A stretch of 48,661 nucleotides of DNA, from the NCBI GenBank assembly GCA_045047115.1, contig JASFYR010000025.1, forward strand, positions 1 through 48,661, in the 5' to 3' direction. The notes below the pieces were generated by a model. It was given only the letters and a program-made list of their open reading frames with translations. It made no database searches and was not told the origin of the DNA. The translations under genes were made by a program, and so were the position numbers. Shown here one piece after another: positions 1 to 9,620 of this stretch (position 1 is its first letter; the number at the start of each line of letters is the position of its first letter). This stretch comes from Sulfurospirillum sp. (GTDB taxonomy: Bacteria; Campylobacterota; Campylobacteria; Campylobacterales; Sulfurospirillaceae).

Positions 1-287
1 GTTCTGCTCATCTTTCTACCCTCATAATTATTGTCCTTATTTTATCGTATTTAGAATAAGGTTTGTTGAAATGTTGTTTAGTTTTCTTGGGGTAGTATAG
101 AGGAACCGAAGTAGTCTTCTAGCACTTACCGGAGCTGTTTTATTTTTGAGCTCTACTATTTTAGTTATATCGCTATTTTTATATTTTCAATATTTATCTT
201 TTTAAAGTATGGTACTGTATCATTTGCTTATAGAGAGTGATTTTATGGGTTTTGTGGGTTATTTAAGATTTGTTTAGATTATAAAGA

Positions 288-378
288 TGGCGGACAGGGA
301 GGGATTCGAACCCTCGGTACCGTTACCAGTACGCATCCTTAGCAGGGATGTGGTTTCAGCCAACTCACCCACCTGTCC
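288..378 (-). tRNA. tRNA-Ser (anticodon GCT)
   Basis: Reverse complement GGACAGG...CCTGTCCGCCA. Anticodon arm CATCC-CTGCTAA-GGATG, long variable arm, T-loop GGTTCGAATCC, encoded CCA. Confidence 0.97.
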
Positions 379-401
379 AACCTCGTAAAAAGTAGAACGC
401 A

Positions 402-410
402 ATTATACCA
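402..410 (-). promoter_or_regulatory. Extended -10 promoter of tRNA-Ser
   Basis: TGGTATAAT on the minus strand, about 25 nt upstream of the mature tRNA 5' end. Confidence 0.7.
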
Positions 411-439
411 TTTGAAGATAATACAATACTTAAATTCAC

Positions 440-1816
440 CTACTCTAGCACCCAAACTGAAAAATTTTTGCCCTTTATCTTTCCTATCTTTAGTTGATTG
501 TACGCTTTTTTGATAAAATCTTTTTGTATCGCCACATAACTTTGTCTCTCAAAAATATCTATCTTACCTATATAAAAGCTTTCTATCTTGGCATTTTTGG
601 TTAATGCACCCAAAATATCTCCCGGTCGGATTTTATTTTTCTTGCCTCCCTCTATAACAAGTGTCATATTTTCGGGTGACATTAAAAAGCTTTTACACTC
701 TTTTAGACCATCTTTGTCTTTAAAGATATGATTTTTACCCTCGTACTCGTTGAGTTTTTCAATATCATATTCATCGCATAGTGTTACAGCCAAACCTTTT
801 TTGCCGGCTCTTGCCGTTCTTCCTATGCGGTGAGTATAAACTTCAAATGTATTAGGAAGATCATAATTAACGACCATATCAAGCTCTTTTATATCAAGGC
901 CTCTGGCGGCTACATCAGTTGCAACTAAAATTCTACAACTTTTATTTATAAACTGCACTAAAACATCTACTCTCTCATACTGTTCTAGATCGCCATTAAT
1001 AGCAAGTGCATCTATACCTCTAGTTCTTAACTCTTTTGCTACCTCATCAGTCTCTATCTTTGTGTTGCAAAATAGGATAACATTTTGGGGGTTATAGAGA
1101 TTCAAAATTTTAATCAAAGTTGAAAATTTCTCTCTTTTTGGAGTCTTGTAAAAATATTCCGTTACATCATTCGCAGGTTCACTTGAAATCGTCTTTATAT
1201 TTACAGGGTGAGTTTGTATGGATTTAACCAAATCTTCTATTTCATCTGGAAAAGTTGCCGAAAAGAGCAGCGTTTGTCTTTTATTTGGAATATAAGATAT
1301 GACTTTTTGCATCTCCTCAATAAATCCCATATCTAGCATACGATCAGCCTCATCTAACACCAAAGTAGCAATATTATCTAGTTTTAGTGATTCTTTTTCC
1401 AAATGCCTCAACAAGCGGCCCGGAGTGCCGACCACTATATGCGCACCATGTCTCAAGGAGCCTAGTTGGGGGCCAAAAGCAACCCCCCCACAGAGTGTCA
1501 AAATCTTTATATTGTGTTTGAATTTTGCTATATTTCTAAGTTCCGATGCAACCTGTTCGCAGAGTTCTCTAGTTGGACATATCACTAAAGATTGGACTTT
1601 AAAATTTTTAACATTCAGTTTTGATAGTAATCCTATACCAAAAGCTGCCGTCTTGCCACTACCTGTTTTTGCCTGTGCCATAACATCCAAACCCTCTAGT
1701 ACAAAAGGTAAAGTCTGCGCCTGAACAGGTGTCATCTTGCCAAAACCCATATTGTCCAAAGTTTTTAGCATCTCTTTTTGGATCGGCAGTATTGAAAAAT
1801 TCTCTAGTTTAGACAT
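440..1816 (-). CDS. dbpA: ATP-dependent DEAD-box RNA helicase DbpA
   Basis: Q motif, AKTGSGKT, PTREL, DEAD, SAT, HRIGRTAR, and C-terminal DbpA RNA-binding domain (GGKKNKIRPGDILGAL). ATG at 1816 chosen over TTG at 1819. Confidence 0.93.
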   Translation of the reverse strand: MSKLENFSILPIQKEMLKTLDNMGFGKMTPVQAQTLPFVLEGLDVMAQAKTGSGKTAAFGIGLLSKLNVKNFKVQSLVICPTRELCEQVASELRNIAKFKHNIKILTLCGGVAFGPQLGSLRHGAHIVVGTPGRLLRHLEKESLKLDNIATLVLDEADRMLDMGFIEEMQKVISYIPNKRQTLLFSATFPDEIEDLVKSIQTHPVNIKTISSEPANDVTEYFYKTPKREKFSTLIKILNLYNPQNVILFCNTKIETDEVAKELRTRGIDALAINGDLEQYERVDVLVQFINKSCRILVATDVAARGLDIKELDMVVNYDLPNTFEVYTHRIGRTARAGKKGLAVTLCDEYDIEKLNEYEGKNHIFKDKDGLKECKSFLMSPENMTLVIEGGKKNKIRPGDILGALTKNAKIESFYIGKIDIFERQSYVAIQKDFIKKAYNQLKIGKIKGKNFSVWVLE

Positions 1817-2009
1817 CAAATATCTTTTTCACTCGTCCTACTTGTCCGTCTTGAAGTCTCACTTTTATACCATGAGGGTGTTTGGGGGATTTGGTGAGGA
1901 TATCTCGCACAATACCCTCGGTTAAAATTCCACTTCTTTGGTCTTGCTTCAAAACTACAGCTACGCTCAAGCCACTTTTTATATTTTTTCTTATTTTGCC
2001 ATCTGTCAT
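1809..2009 (-). CDS. YwbE/DUF2196 family small protein
   Basis: VLKQDQRSG..TEG.V.DILTKS..HPHGIKVRL..GQVGRV signature; overlaps neighbours in an operon. Confidence 0.85.
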   Translation of the reverse strand: MTDGKIRKNIKSGLSVAVVLKQDQRSGILTEGIVRDILTKSPKHPHGIKVRLQDGQVGRVKKIFDV

Positions 2010-3469
2010 TTTGGTTGTTTCACTATGCCATTATAGAAAACTTTACATTTTCCACTTTTTTTCTTTGCAATTTTTGGAGTTTTTACACCAAAACTTCCCA
2101 GAAGTGAAGAAACCATATTTACTGTACTTTCTATCGATGAAGCATCTACTTTTACCTTTGGCTTAGTAAAGGTACCTTGTATAGTCTGAGAAAATTTTGC
2201 ACAATTTTTGGCATCAAGTACACCAAATTTCATATCCAAAAATCTCTCTCTTACGATATCTAATTTTCCTTTTAGTGCGACTCTGTTTTTTCCGGTTGCT
2301 ATAGCCACATCGCTTAGATTTGCTATCCCTTTTGCAATATTAATTTTTATGTATACTCTTTTTAGCAAAGTTGTTCCGTCACTACCTGTTCCAAAAACAC
2401 CACTTAGATTTCCACCTTTTGCAAAACCAGAAGCGAGTGACATACCAAGATCAGCCGGATTCATTTTCTTCGTATTAGTGTATTTGCTTAGTATCTTATC
2501 AAGATCAAAACCTTTTACACCAACATCTTGTCCATCTATAAGAGCAGTGCCGTTTAGAGTTTTTTTGATAGTTTTTATATCGCCCAAGCCAAGAGTAAAT
2601 TTTTTATGAACTTTTACTGTGCCGCTAAGCATATCTTTCTTGAAGTACTCTTTGGAAAAATTTGCCAATTTAAACTTTGGAATATCTACTTCTATATTCA
2701 AAAGCGGTATCTTTTTGTTTAAATTTAACTTTGCTTTTGCATCGGCTAATGAATCATACATACTAAGCTTCATATTGTTCAAGCTCACAATAGCATCTTT
2801 CATATTTACATCAATTTTTATATCTTTTATACTGAATTTATCAAATTTGACTTTCTTTATCTTTGTTTTTGCATCAAAAGATATGGCTTGTATCATCTTC
2901 TTTGCCGGATCAAAACCGATATTGTCAACCGCTACATTTATATTTTTCACTTTTGCAACAGATTTGTTTTTTAGGTTTTCAAAATTTATATTTGCATTTT
3001 TAATTCTGACCTCTTTTATATTTATCATTGGCAATTTTGTTTTTTTATTCTTTTCTTTCTTCTTTTGTGCCTTTTGTTTTGAAGTTTTTGCAACTTCAAA
3101 GTTAAACTTTCCGTTTTTTAACTTTTTTATATCCAAAGTCAAATCATTCAGTACGATATATTTTACTTTAATCTTCTTGCTTAAAAGCGGAATCACTTCA
3201 ACAGCAACTCCAAGTTTTCCCATTTGAAAAAACTTTTGGTTTGATTTGATTTGAGGATTTTTAATCTCTACATTGGAGATGTTTATACCAACAGGAGAGA
3301 AAGATGCAGATATATCACCGTTTATCTTCATCTCATATCCGGAATTTGTTCTTACAGCTTTTTCGATTTGTGGTTTATATTTGTTTAGATTTACCATAGA
3401 AATTGCGATAACAAGCCCTACGATAATCAATGCAAAAACTGCTACTGTCCCTATAAGAAACTTTTTCAT
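2006..3469 (-). CDS. AsmA family protein
   Basis: N-terminal TM anchor followed by NLNKYKPQIEKAV..GYEMKINGDI, and a beta-rich repetitive body. Confidence 0.8.
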   Translation of the reverse strand: MKKFLIGTVAVFALIIVGLVIAISMVNLNKYKPQIEKAVRTNSGYEMKINGDISASFSPVGINISNVEIKNPQIKSNQKFFQMGKLGVAVEVIPLLSKKIKVKYIVLNDLTLDIKKLKNGKFNFEVAKTSKQKAQKKKEKNKKTKLPMINIKEVRIKNANINFENLKNKSVAKVKNINVAVDNIGFDPAKKMIQAISFDAKTKIKKVKFDKFSIKDIKIDVNMKDAIVSLNNMKLSMYDSLADAKAKLNLNKKIPLLNIEVDIPKFKLANFSKEYFKKDMLSGTVKVHKKFTLGLGDIKTIKKTLNGTALIDGQDVGVKGFDLDKILSKYTNTKKMNPADLGMSLASGFAKGGNLSGVFGTGSDGTTLLKRVYIKINIAKGIANLSDVAIATGKNRVALKGKLDIVRERFLDMKFGVLDAKNCAKFSQTIQGTFTKPKVKVDASSIESTVNMVSSLLGSFGVKTPKIAKKKSGKCKVFYNGIVKQPK

Positions 3470-4152
3470 CTTTCTATCCTTTGTATGATTTCTTTAACTA
3501 CATGTAGAGGATTTTTTGCATTATATACCGGTCTTCCAACTACAATAATATCTGATTTCTCTTGTTTTGCAAACTCAACTGTTGCAACTCTTTTTTGGTC
3601 ATCGCTACTCTCTTTCATCCTGATTCCAGGTGTTAAAGTTATAAAATTTTTATCCGTATTTGATTTTATCAGGCTACTCTCATAGGCCGAGCAGACGACA
3701 CCATTTAATCCACTCTCATAAGCATCTTTTGCAAATTGTGTCGCTTTTGCCTCCAAGGGCACTCCATAAACCGATTTAAAACTGGCATCATCAAATGAAG
3801 TAAGCGCAGTCACTGCTAAAACAAGAGGTGGATTCTTAAAATCCAAAACTCTTATCATTACTTCCCTCATTGCTTCTTTTCCACTGCTGGCATGGACATT
3901 GAACATATCAACTCCAAGATTTGCCATAGACTCTGCTGCATCGGCCATTGTATTTGGTATATCATAGATTTTTAAATCCAAAAATACCTTGAAGTTTGGA
4001 TTGAGATTTTTTATATCTTTTATAATTTTTTCTCCATCTCTAATATATGAACGCAAACCGACTTTCAGCCATATATCCTTGTCTTTGAGCTTTTTTGCCA
4101 ACTCTATATTTGAGTCAAATGTAGGCAGATCAAGAGCAACACAGAGTTTCAT
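3466..4152 (-). CDS. pyrF: Orotidine-5'-phosphate decarboxylase
   Basis: LCVALD, FLDLKIYDIPNT, TPGIR, DQKR, VVGRP motifs. Confidence 0.97.
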   Translation of the reverse strand: MKLCVALDLPTFDSNIELAKKLKDKDIWLKVGLRSYIRDGEKIIKDIKNLNPNFKVFLDLKIYDIPNTMADAAESMANLGVDMFNVHASSGKEAMREVMIRVLDFKNPPLVLAVTALTSFDDASFKSVYGVPLEAKATQFAKDAYESGLNGVVCSAYESSLIKSNTDKNFITLTPGIRMKESSDDQKRVATVEFAKQEKSDIIVVGRPVYNAKNPLHVVKEIIQRIER

Positions 4153-4556
4153 CTAGCCACCTTTGCCTTGTGTACAGCATCCAATACACCATTTATGAAC
4201 TTTGGACCTGTATCGTTGCAGAGCTTTTTTGCCAACTCTATGGCTTCATTTATCACAACTGCACTATCTAGCTTGGTAAACAGAAGCTCATAAGTTCCGA
4301 GTCTCAAAATCGCCCTCTCTACATTACCGATATTTTGTAAATCCCACTCTTTCAAGTGCTCATCTATCATGGCATCTATATGCTCAAGATTTTCTTCAAC
4401 GCCATTGTATAGTGATAGTGCAAAATCTTTTTGCCTGTTTCTTATCTTTTTCTCTTCAAAAATCTCGTCAATAAACTTATCTATACCATTATTGCCAATG
4501 TCTTCAGCGTACAGCAGTCCGACTATACTCTCTCTTACTTGATGTCTTGTTGCCAA
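4149..4556 (-). CDS. nusB: Transcription antitermination factor NusB
   Basis: ATRHQVRE, ERAILRLG, VINEAIELAK, FINGVLD; follows ribH. TTG start. Confidence 0.96.
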   Translation of the reverse strand: MATRHQVRESIVGLLYAEDIGNNGIDKFIDEIFEEKKIRNRQKDFALSLYNGVEENLEHIDAMIDEHLKEWDLQNIGNVERAILRLGTYELLFTKLDSAVVINEAIELAKKLCNDTGPKFINGVLDAVHKAKVAR

Positions 4557-4565
4557 AGAAAATCC

Positions 4566-5030
4566 TTATAAATTTTTATACAAACTGACAAGTTCAATCA
4601 AACCAGTCATAGACTCAAAGCCTTTATTTCCTGCTTTGCTTCCTGCGCGCTCTATCGCCTGCTCAATCGTATCGGTTGTCAAAACACCGAATGTTACAGG
4701 TTTTTGGTATTTTAGTGTGGTATTTGCTATACCTTTGGTCGCCTCAGCAGAGATATAATCAAAATGAGGCGTACTCCCTCTTATCACAGCACCAACACAA
4801 CATATACCATCATATACATTTTTTGCCAACAATTTATCCAAAACAAATGGAATCTCATAAGCACCCGGTACTAAAATTAAATCCAAATTTTCTTTATTTC
4901 CCCCATGTCTCAAAAAAGCATCTTTTGCGCCCTCGACCAATCTATCCGTAATTATATGATTAAATCTGGCATTTATAATCGCTATCTTTTCATCACCATT
5001 AAGAGATAAGTTTCCTTCTATCACTCTCAT
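4566..5030 (-). CDS. ribH: 6,7-dimethyl-8-ribityllumazine synthase
   Basis: [37 protein letters not shown]. Confidence 0.97.
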   Translation of the reverse strand: MRVIEGNLSLNGDEKIAIINARFNHIITDRLVEGAKDAFLRHGGNKENLDLILVPGAYEIPFVLDKLLAKNVYDGICCVGAVIRGSTPHFDYISAEATKGIANTTLKYQKPVTFGVLTTDTIEQAIERAGSKAGNKGFESMTGLIELVSLYKNL

Positions 5031-5057
5031 ATCGATCCTTATGTATATTTTTCAGAC

Positions 5058-5063
5058 ATTATA
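5058..5063 (-). promoter_or_regulatory. -10 box of the ribH-nusB-pyrF-asmA-ywbE-dbpA operon
   Basis: TATAAT on the minus strand upstream of the AAGGA SD (5036-5040). Confidence 0.55.
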
Positions 5064-5090
5064 CTATATTTTAGATGTTTTTAGTTTTAA

Positions 5091-5099
5091 TGATATAAT
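5091..5099 (+). promoter_or_regulatory. Extended -10 promoter of the TauE gene (probably leaderless)
   Basis: TGATATAAT followed by 6 nt and then the ATG; no SD. Confidence 0.65.
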
Positions 5100-5105
5100 T
5101 ACAAG

Positions 5106-5843
5106 ATGTATGATTATATATTTTTTAGCGCTATAACTTTGATTTTATCTATCATTTTTTCTATGGGCGGGGCGGGGGCTGGTATAGCCTTGATACCTAT
5201 TTTAAATTTTTTTGGTATAGATTTTACAGTGGCCCGTGCTATAGGACTTTTTGCAGGAGCATCCACTACTATAACTTCCAGTATCATGAATATCAAGAGA
5301 AAAATTGTAGATTACTATTTTATGGCGCCAATTGCTGTCATGATGCTGTTTTTTGCACCAATCGGCGCATATAGCAGTAAGTTTATAGATGAAAATATTA
5401 TAAAATTTCTCTTTATGCTATTGCTTTTTTACAGTGCGTCCATGATGATGTTTGGAAAAAAGAAGAGCTTAGTACAATTTAAAGGAAAATTTGTGCTGTT
5501 TGTTGTAGGCGCAAGTTTTGGTTTTATAGCAGGAATCCTCGGAGTTGGCGGAGGCAATATACTTATACCACTACTCATACTGCTTGGTTTTGAGCCAAAA
5601 AAAGTGGCAGTTACAGTTAGTTTTGTTGTGCCGTTTTCGGCTCTGAGTTCTTTTTTCACCTATGCAAGTTATGTAAATATAGACTGGGTACTACTCTTTT
5701 GCATCTCATTCTCAGCGATAATCGGAGGCTATATAGGTAATTATTTTATGCACTTTAAACTTAAGCAGAAGCATATAAAGAAGATAATGGCGCTTATACT
5801 ATATATACTCGCTTGTAAACTGCTTTATCATTTTGTGATTTGA
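5106..5843 (+). CDS. Sulfite exporter TauE/SafE family membrane protein
   Basis: About 8 TM helices with duplicated GxGGG motifs (MGGAGAG, LGVGGG). Confidence 0.85.
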   Translation: MYDYIFFSAITLILSIIFSMGGAGAGIALIPILNFFGIDFTVARAIGLFAGASTTITSSIMNIKRKIVDYYFMAPIAVMMLFFAPIGAYSSKFIDENIIKFLFMLLLFYSASMMMFGKKKSLVQFKGKFVLFVVGASFGFIAGILGVGGGNILIPLLILLGFEPKKVAVTVSFVVPFSALSSFFTYASYVNIDWVLLFCISFSAIIGGYIGNYFMHFKLKQKHIKKIMALILYILACKLLYHFVI

Positions 5844-6864
5844 CCTCTCTTTCTATCCAAGGCATTAGTTTGGTTAAAATTTCATAGGTTATAGTGTTAA
5901 AGTATCTTGATATTCTGTCTACATCATCAAAGAGGCATATCTCATCCTCATCTCCCTCTACACAAAGGCTGTCCATAGATACCCTGCCTAGTATCTTTTG
6001 TCCATTGGCTATGGCTAAATTACCTAGTCCGTCATACCTGAAAAAACCGTCTCCATAACCTATGTCATAGGTCGATATAGTTTTATCATTTTTGGCAATA
6101 TATACACCGCCATAACCAACTTTTTCTCCTTTTTTTAGAACTCTTGTGCTCAATCTGTTTGCATACAGAGACATCACCGGCTTTAGATCAAAAGTTGCTA
6201 TGTTTTTATCTATGTGTGTGTATCCGTATGTAGCTATCCCACACCTTGCAAAATCATCATCTATACCACCCTTGCTTCTAAGAAGCGCTGAAGAGTTATA
6301 AGAGTGAAAAAGTGGTCTTTTCATCTTCAAATCGTCTAGGACTTCAATCACCTCACTTTTAGTTTTTCTCCAGTTTTCTTGCTGCCAAAAGAGTTCACCA
6401 CTCATATCGTCTGCACTTCTAAAGTGGGTAAAGACTCCTTTTAAATTTAATGTTGCTCTTTTTACATACTCCAAAGCCTCTCTTATCACACTCATCGATA
6501 TACCGTTTCTGTGCATGCCGGTATCTATGTTTAGATGGATATTTGAGTTTTTTGGAAACTTTTTTAAAAATTCCAAAGAGTGTACAGCATAAGAGATATT
6601 CTCCTTTGGTGGATAGGAGGATGGATGGTCTGCTAAAATCAGAGTCTCTTCAAAAAGCATTTCTACACACAAAGCCTCTTGCATGTTTTTAACTGCGGCT
6701 TTTTTTATACCAAACTCATTTGCAAGTTTTGCCATAATTTTCAGACCATGGCCATAAGCATTGTCCTTAATAACCGCCATAAGTTTTTGGACTCCACCTG
6801 CTTTTTTTGACAATAAATCCAAGTTATGAAAATAAAAATCCCTATTTATAACTATCTTTGCCAT
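5794..6864 (-). CDS. alr: Alanine racemase
   Basis: AVIKDNAYGHG (PLP lysine), DTGMHRNG, VGYG, GYGDG, GRVSMD, TITYE. Confidence 0.96.
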   Translation of the reverse strand: MAKIVINRDFYFHNLDLLSKKAGGVQKLMAVIKDNAYGHGLKIMAKLANEFGIKKAAVKNMQEALCVEMLFEETLILADHPSSYPPKENISYAVHSLEFLKKFPKNSNIHLNIDTGMHRNGISMSVIREALEYVKRATLNLKGVFTHFRSADDMSGELFWQQENWRKTKSEVIEVLDDLKMKRPLFHSYNSSALLRSKGGIDDDFARCGIATYGYTHIDKNIATFDLKPVMSLYANRLSTRVLKKGEKVGYGGVYIAKNDKTISTYDIGYGDGFFRYDGLGNLAIANGQKILGRVSMDSLCVEGDEDEICLFDDVDRISRYFNTITYEILTKLMPWIEREVKSQNDKAVYKRVYIV

Positions 6865-7101
6865 CTACTCAGCTTTTAAACTATAAGCTTTTACTAAAAA
6901 TCCCCTTAATTTTCTTGCTTGATAATCAAGCTTATGAAAGTGGTTATATACACTTTTTGCATCCAAAGTCGGATTTGAAGAGAAATCATAAGCGATACCT
7001 TTTTTATCTTTTGGAATATTTGTATCTAAAAAATTGTAAAAATCAGTCCTAATCTTGATGAGATCTTCAAGCTCTTTTTCTATATCATATCTCTTTTCCA
7101 T
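6865..7101 (-). CDS. Small conserved hypothetical protein (loosely CmeU-like)
   Basis: 78-aa ORF with AAGGT SD and TGCTAAAAT extended -10 (7121-7129), abutting alr. Family resemblance is from memory only. Confidence 0.65.
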   Translation of the reverse strand: MEKRYDIEKELEDLIKIRTDFYNFLDTNIPKDKKGIAYDFSSNPTLDAKSVYNHFHKLDYQARKLRGFLVKAYSLKAE

Positions 7102-7144
7102 TACATACCTTTTTTATAGAATTTTAGCAAATATGGCATAAGGA

Positions 7145-7789
7145 TTACCTTTTCATACCATAAGTTTTGAATTTTTCTAAAATTTTATCCATCTCTTTGT
7201 CATCAAGTATAACAGGCTCGCCTATATGTTTTGCCATAATATACTGCTTTGCCAGGTTTTCAACCTCTATAGCTATCCAAAGAGCCTTTTTTAGGGTCAG
7301 TGCCGTAGTTATAACACCGTGATTTGCAAGCAAACAGGCACTATATCCGTTTAATTCTTTTATGATATTTTCTGAGAGCTCTTTTGTTCCAAATGTCGCA
7401 TACTCCGCACAGGGTATCTTTTTGCCACCTGCAACTGCTACCATATAGTGGTGAGATGGTATATCCATCCTGCATATCGCCATAGAAGTTGCATAAGTTG
7501 AATGGTTATGAAGCACACAGTTGATTTGCGGTTTTGCCCTCAATATATCAAAATGAAAATCCAACTCACTTGATGGCGGATACTCACCGATATATTCCTC
7601 TTTTGCATCAAATGGCACAAAAACTATATCTCTTGGTTTTAGCAAATCATAACTCACTCCACTTGGAGTTATGAGAATTCCATCCTTAAATCTATGACTG
7701 ACATTTCCTGATGTTCCTTGGTTTATGCCCAATTCTTCCATTTTTAGGCATGTTAAGATTATCTCTTTTCTTATACTTAATTCACTCAC
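7145..7789 (-). CDS. Class II aldolase, FucA-like (likely 5-deoxyribulose-1-P / methylthioribulose-1-P aldolase, Ald2/DrdA)
   Basis: GTSGNVS, ITPSG, PSSE..FH, HNHS, HYMVAVAGG, LLANHG; context with mtnK and mtnA. Confidence 0.85.
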   Translation of the reverse strand: MSELSIRKEIILTCLKMEELGINQGTSGNVSHRFKDGILITPSGVSYDLLKPRDIVFVPFDAKEEYIGEYPPSSELDFHFDILRAKPQINCVLHNHSTYATSMAICRMDIPSHHYMVAVAGGKKIPCAEYATFGTKELSENIIKELNGYSACLLANHGVITTALTLKKALWIAIEVENLAKQYIMAKHIGEPVILDDKEMDKILEKFKTYGMKR

Positions 7790-7791
7790 TT

Positions 7792-8544
7792 TTACCTACT
7801 TATATTTAAATTAAATACAAATCTGTTTGCCAGATAATATCCTATGCTGTATGCTATCTTTGTCCCGTCCTCATCATGTATCAGCATCTTTCTTATCAAA
7901 ACCGGTGTCTTGTCATCTTCTATAATCAAATGTTTTTTTATCTCATCTGAGGGCATAGAAGCTGAAATCTCCTCTTGTGAAAAGACTATCTTTATCTTTA
8001 ATCTCTCCTCTAAAAATTTATAGAGCTGAGTGATATTTCCATCCTTTAACTCTTGGATATCAAGATTCAGATCAGTATGAAAAAAACTTTCTACATAGAG
8101 TTCCGGTTCCAAATAACCCTTGATTCTTAAAAGTCGTATTATTTTTTTGTTTGGCTTGGCATGAAGCTTCTCATATATCTCATTTTTCGGCCTACATATA
8201 GAGATGCTGTGTTCAAAAAGCTTGAAATCTCTGTTTTGCTTCTTCATATCTTCATTGAAACTATACCAGTTATTTAGTGTTGTTCTTATGCGGCTGTCGT
8301 CTATGTTCTTAAAAGTTCCGCGATTCTTTTTGCGAACGATAAGATTTTTGCTTATAAGACCATACATCGCTTTTCTGACAGTGTTTCTACTAACACCTAA
8401 CTCTTTTGAGATTTCAAGTTCATTTGGCAATTTTTCACCCAAACTGTAAGGCTCTTTCAGTAAAAGTTCACCTATTATCTCTTCAACCTGAAGGTATAAA
8501 GGAGTCTTGGTCTCTTTATCTATATAGTACTGTGATAAAACCAA
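7792..8544 (-). CDS. GntR family regulator (HutC/UTRA type)
   Basis: PLYLQV..., LPNE.E....GVSRNTVRKA, RGTF winged HTH plus UTRA-length C-terminus. Confidence 0.9.
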   Translation of the reverse strand: MVLSQYYIDKETKTPLYLQVEEIIGELLLKEPYSLGEKLPNELEISKELGVSRNTVRKAMYGLISKNLIVRKKNRGTFKNIDDSRIRTTLNNWYSFNEDMKKQNRDFKLFEHSISICRPKNEIYEKLHAKPNKKIIRLLRIKGYLEPELYVESFFHTDLNLDIQELKDGNITQLYKFLEERLKIKIVFSQEEISASMPSDEIKKHLIIEDDKTPVLIRKMLIHDEDGTKIAYSIGYYLANRFVFNLNISR

Positions 8545-8562
8545 CTCAAACTCCCTTGTAGA

Positions 8563-9618
8563 TTATTTTGAAAAATTATATGGCGGTCGTATTATACCTT
8601 TTTCTGTGATAAAACCCGATATAAGTGAGTTATCAGTCACATCAAAAGCAGGATTGAAAACCTTTATATCTTTTGGTGCTATCTGTTGTCTCTTTATATA
8701 TATCAACTCATCTTTGCCTCTCTCCTCTACCACTATATCAGCCCCGCTTTTTGAACTTGTATCTATGGTTGAGTATGGACAGGCTATATAAAACGGCACT
8801 CCATAAAATTTTGCATTGATAGCAAGTGATAATGTGCCTATCTTGTTTGCCGTATCTCCGTTGTTTGCAACTCTATCGGCTCCGACTACTATCATGTCAA
8901 CTCGTCCAAGTTTCATCAAGTATGAAGAGACACTGTCTGCTATCATGGTAGTATCGACACCAAATTTATTTAACTCCCAGCAAGTTATCCTGGCACCTTG
9001 CAAAAGAGGTCTCGTTTCACTTGAATATGCCCTAAACCTCACCCCTTTACTCCAGGCTATATACATTGGAGCCAAAGCTGTACCCATGCCACCCGTCGCC
9101 AAAGCTCCGGCATTGCAAAGGGTAAGAACACCGATACTCTCTTTTATCAACTCCGCACCGTGTTCGCCTATGAGTCTACAAGTTTCTATGTCGCTTCCAT
9201 GTATATCTCTTGCCTCTTTTTTAAGTATACCGTATAGCTCTTTTACGGTTGCGTTTTTTGAAAAAACCTCAGCAACTTTTGAGAGCCTGTTGAGTGCCCA
9301 GCTAAGGTTTACTGCTGTCGGTCTTGAGCTGTTTAGATAGTCGGCATTTTTATAAACCAACCTTAAAAATGAATCAATATCCAAATCCAATGAGTTTTTA
9401 AGACTTATCACCAAACCATAAGCACCTGCAATTCCAATAGCTGGCGCTCCTCTTACTTTGAGTTGATAAATAGAATCATAAACCTGCTTTATATCCTTTT
9501 GCTCCTCCACTATCTCATCTGTTGGAAGTTTTGTCTGATCTAGGATAAAAAACCTATCCTGCTCATCAAAATATAGAGCTTTTGGTATGGAATTCAAAAG
9601 TTTTTCACTATCACTCAT
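8563..9618 (-). CDS. mtnA: S-methyl-5-thioribose-1-phosphate isomerase
   Basis: DQTKLP, VRGAPAIG, RPTAVNL, CNAGALAT, ETRPLLQGAR, GADR, NKIGT, NPAFDVT. Confidence 0.95.
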   Translation of the reverse strand: MSDSEKLLNSIPKALYFDEQDRFFILDQTKLPTDEIVEEQKDIKQVYDSIYQLKVRGAPAIGIAGAYGLVISLKNSLDLDIDSFLRLVYKNADYLNSSRPTAVNLSWALNRLSKVAEVFSKNATVKELYGILKKEARDIHGSDIETCRLIGEHGAELIKESIGVLTLCNAGALATGGMGTALAPMYIAWSKGVRFRAYSSETRPLLQGARITCWELNKFGVDTTMIADSVSSYLMKLGRVDMIVVGADRVANNGDTANKIGTLSLAINAKFYGVPFYIACPYSTIDTSSKSGADIVVEERGKDELIYIKRQQIAPKDIKVFNPAFDVTDNSLISGFITEKGIIRPPYNFSK

Positions 9619-9620
9619 CT

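Noticed and set aside
7145..7789. MtnB dehydratase or a fucose operon
   Set aside because: The HYMVAVAGG and NHG motifs are FucA/Ald2-like, and there is no mtnC/D or fucI/K nearby.
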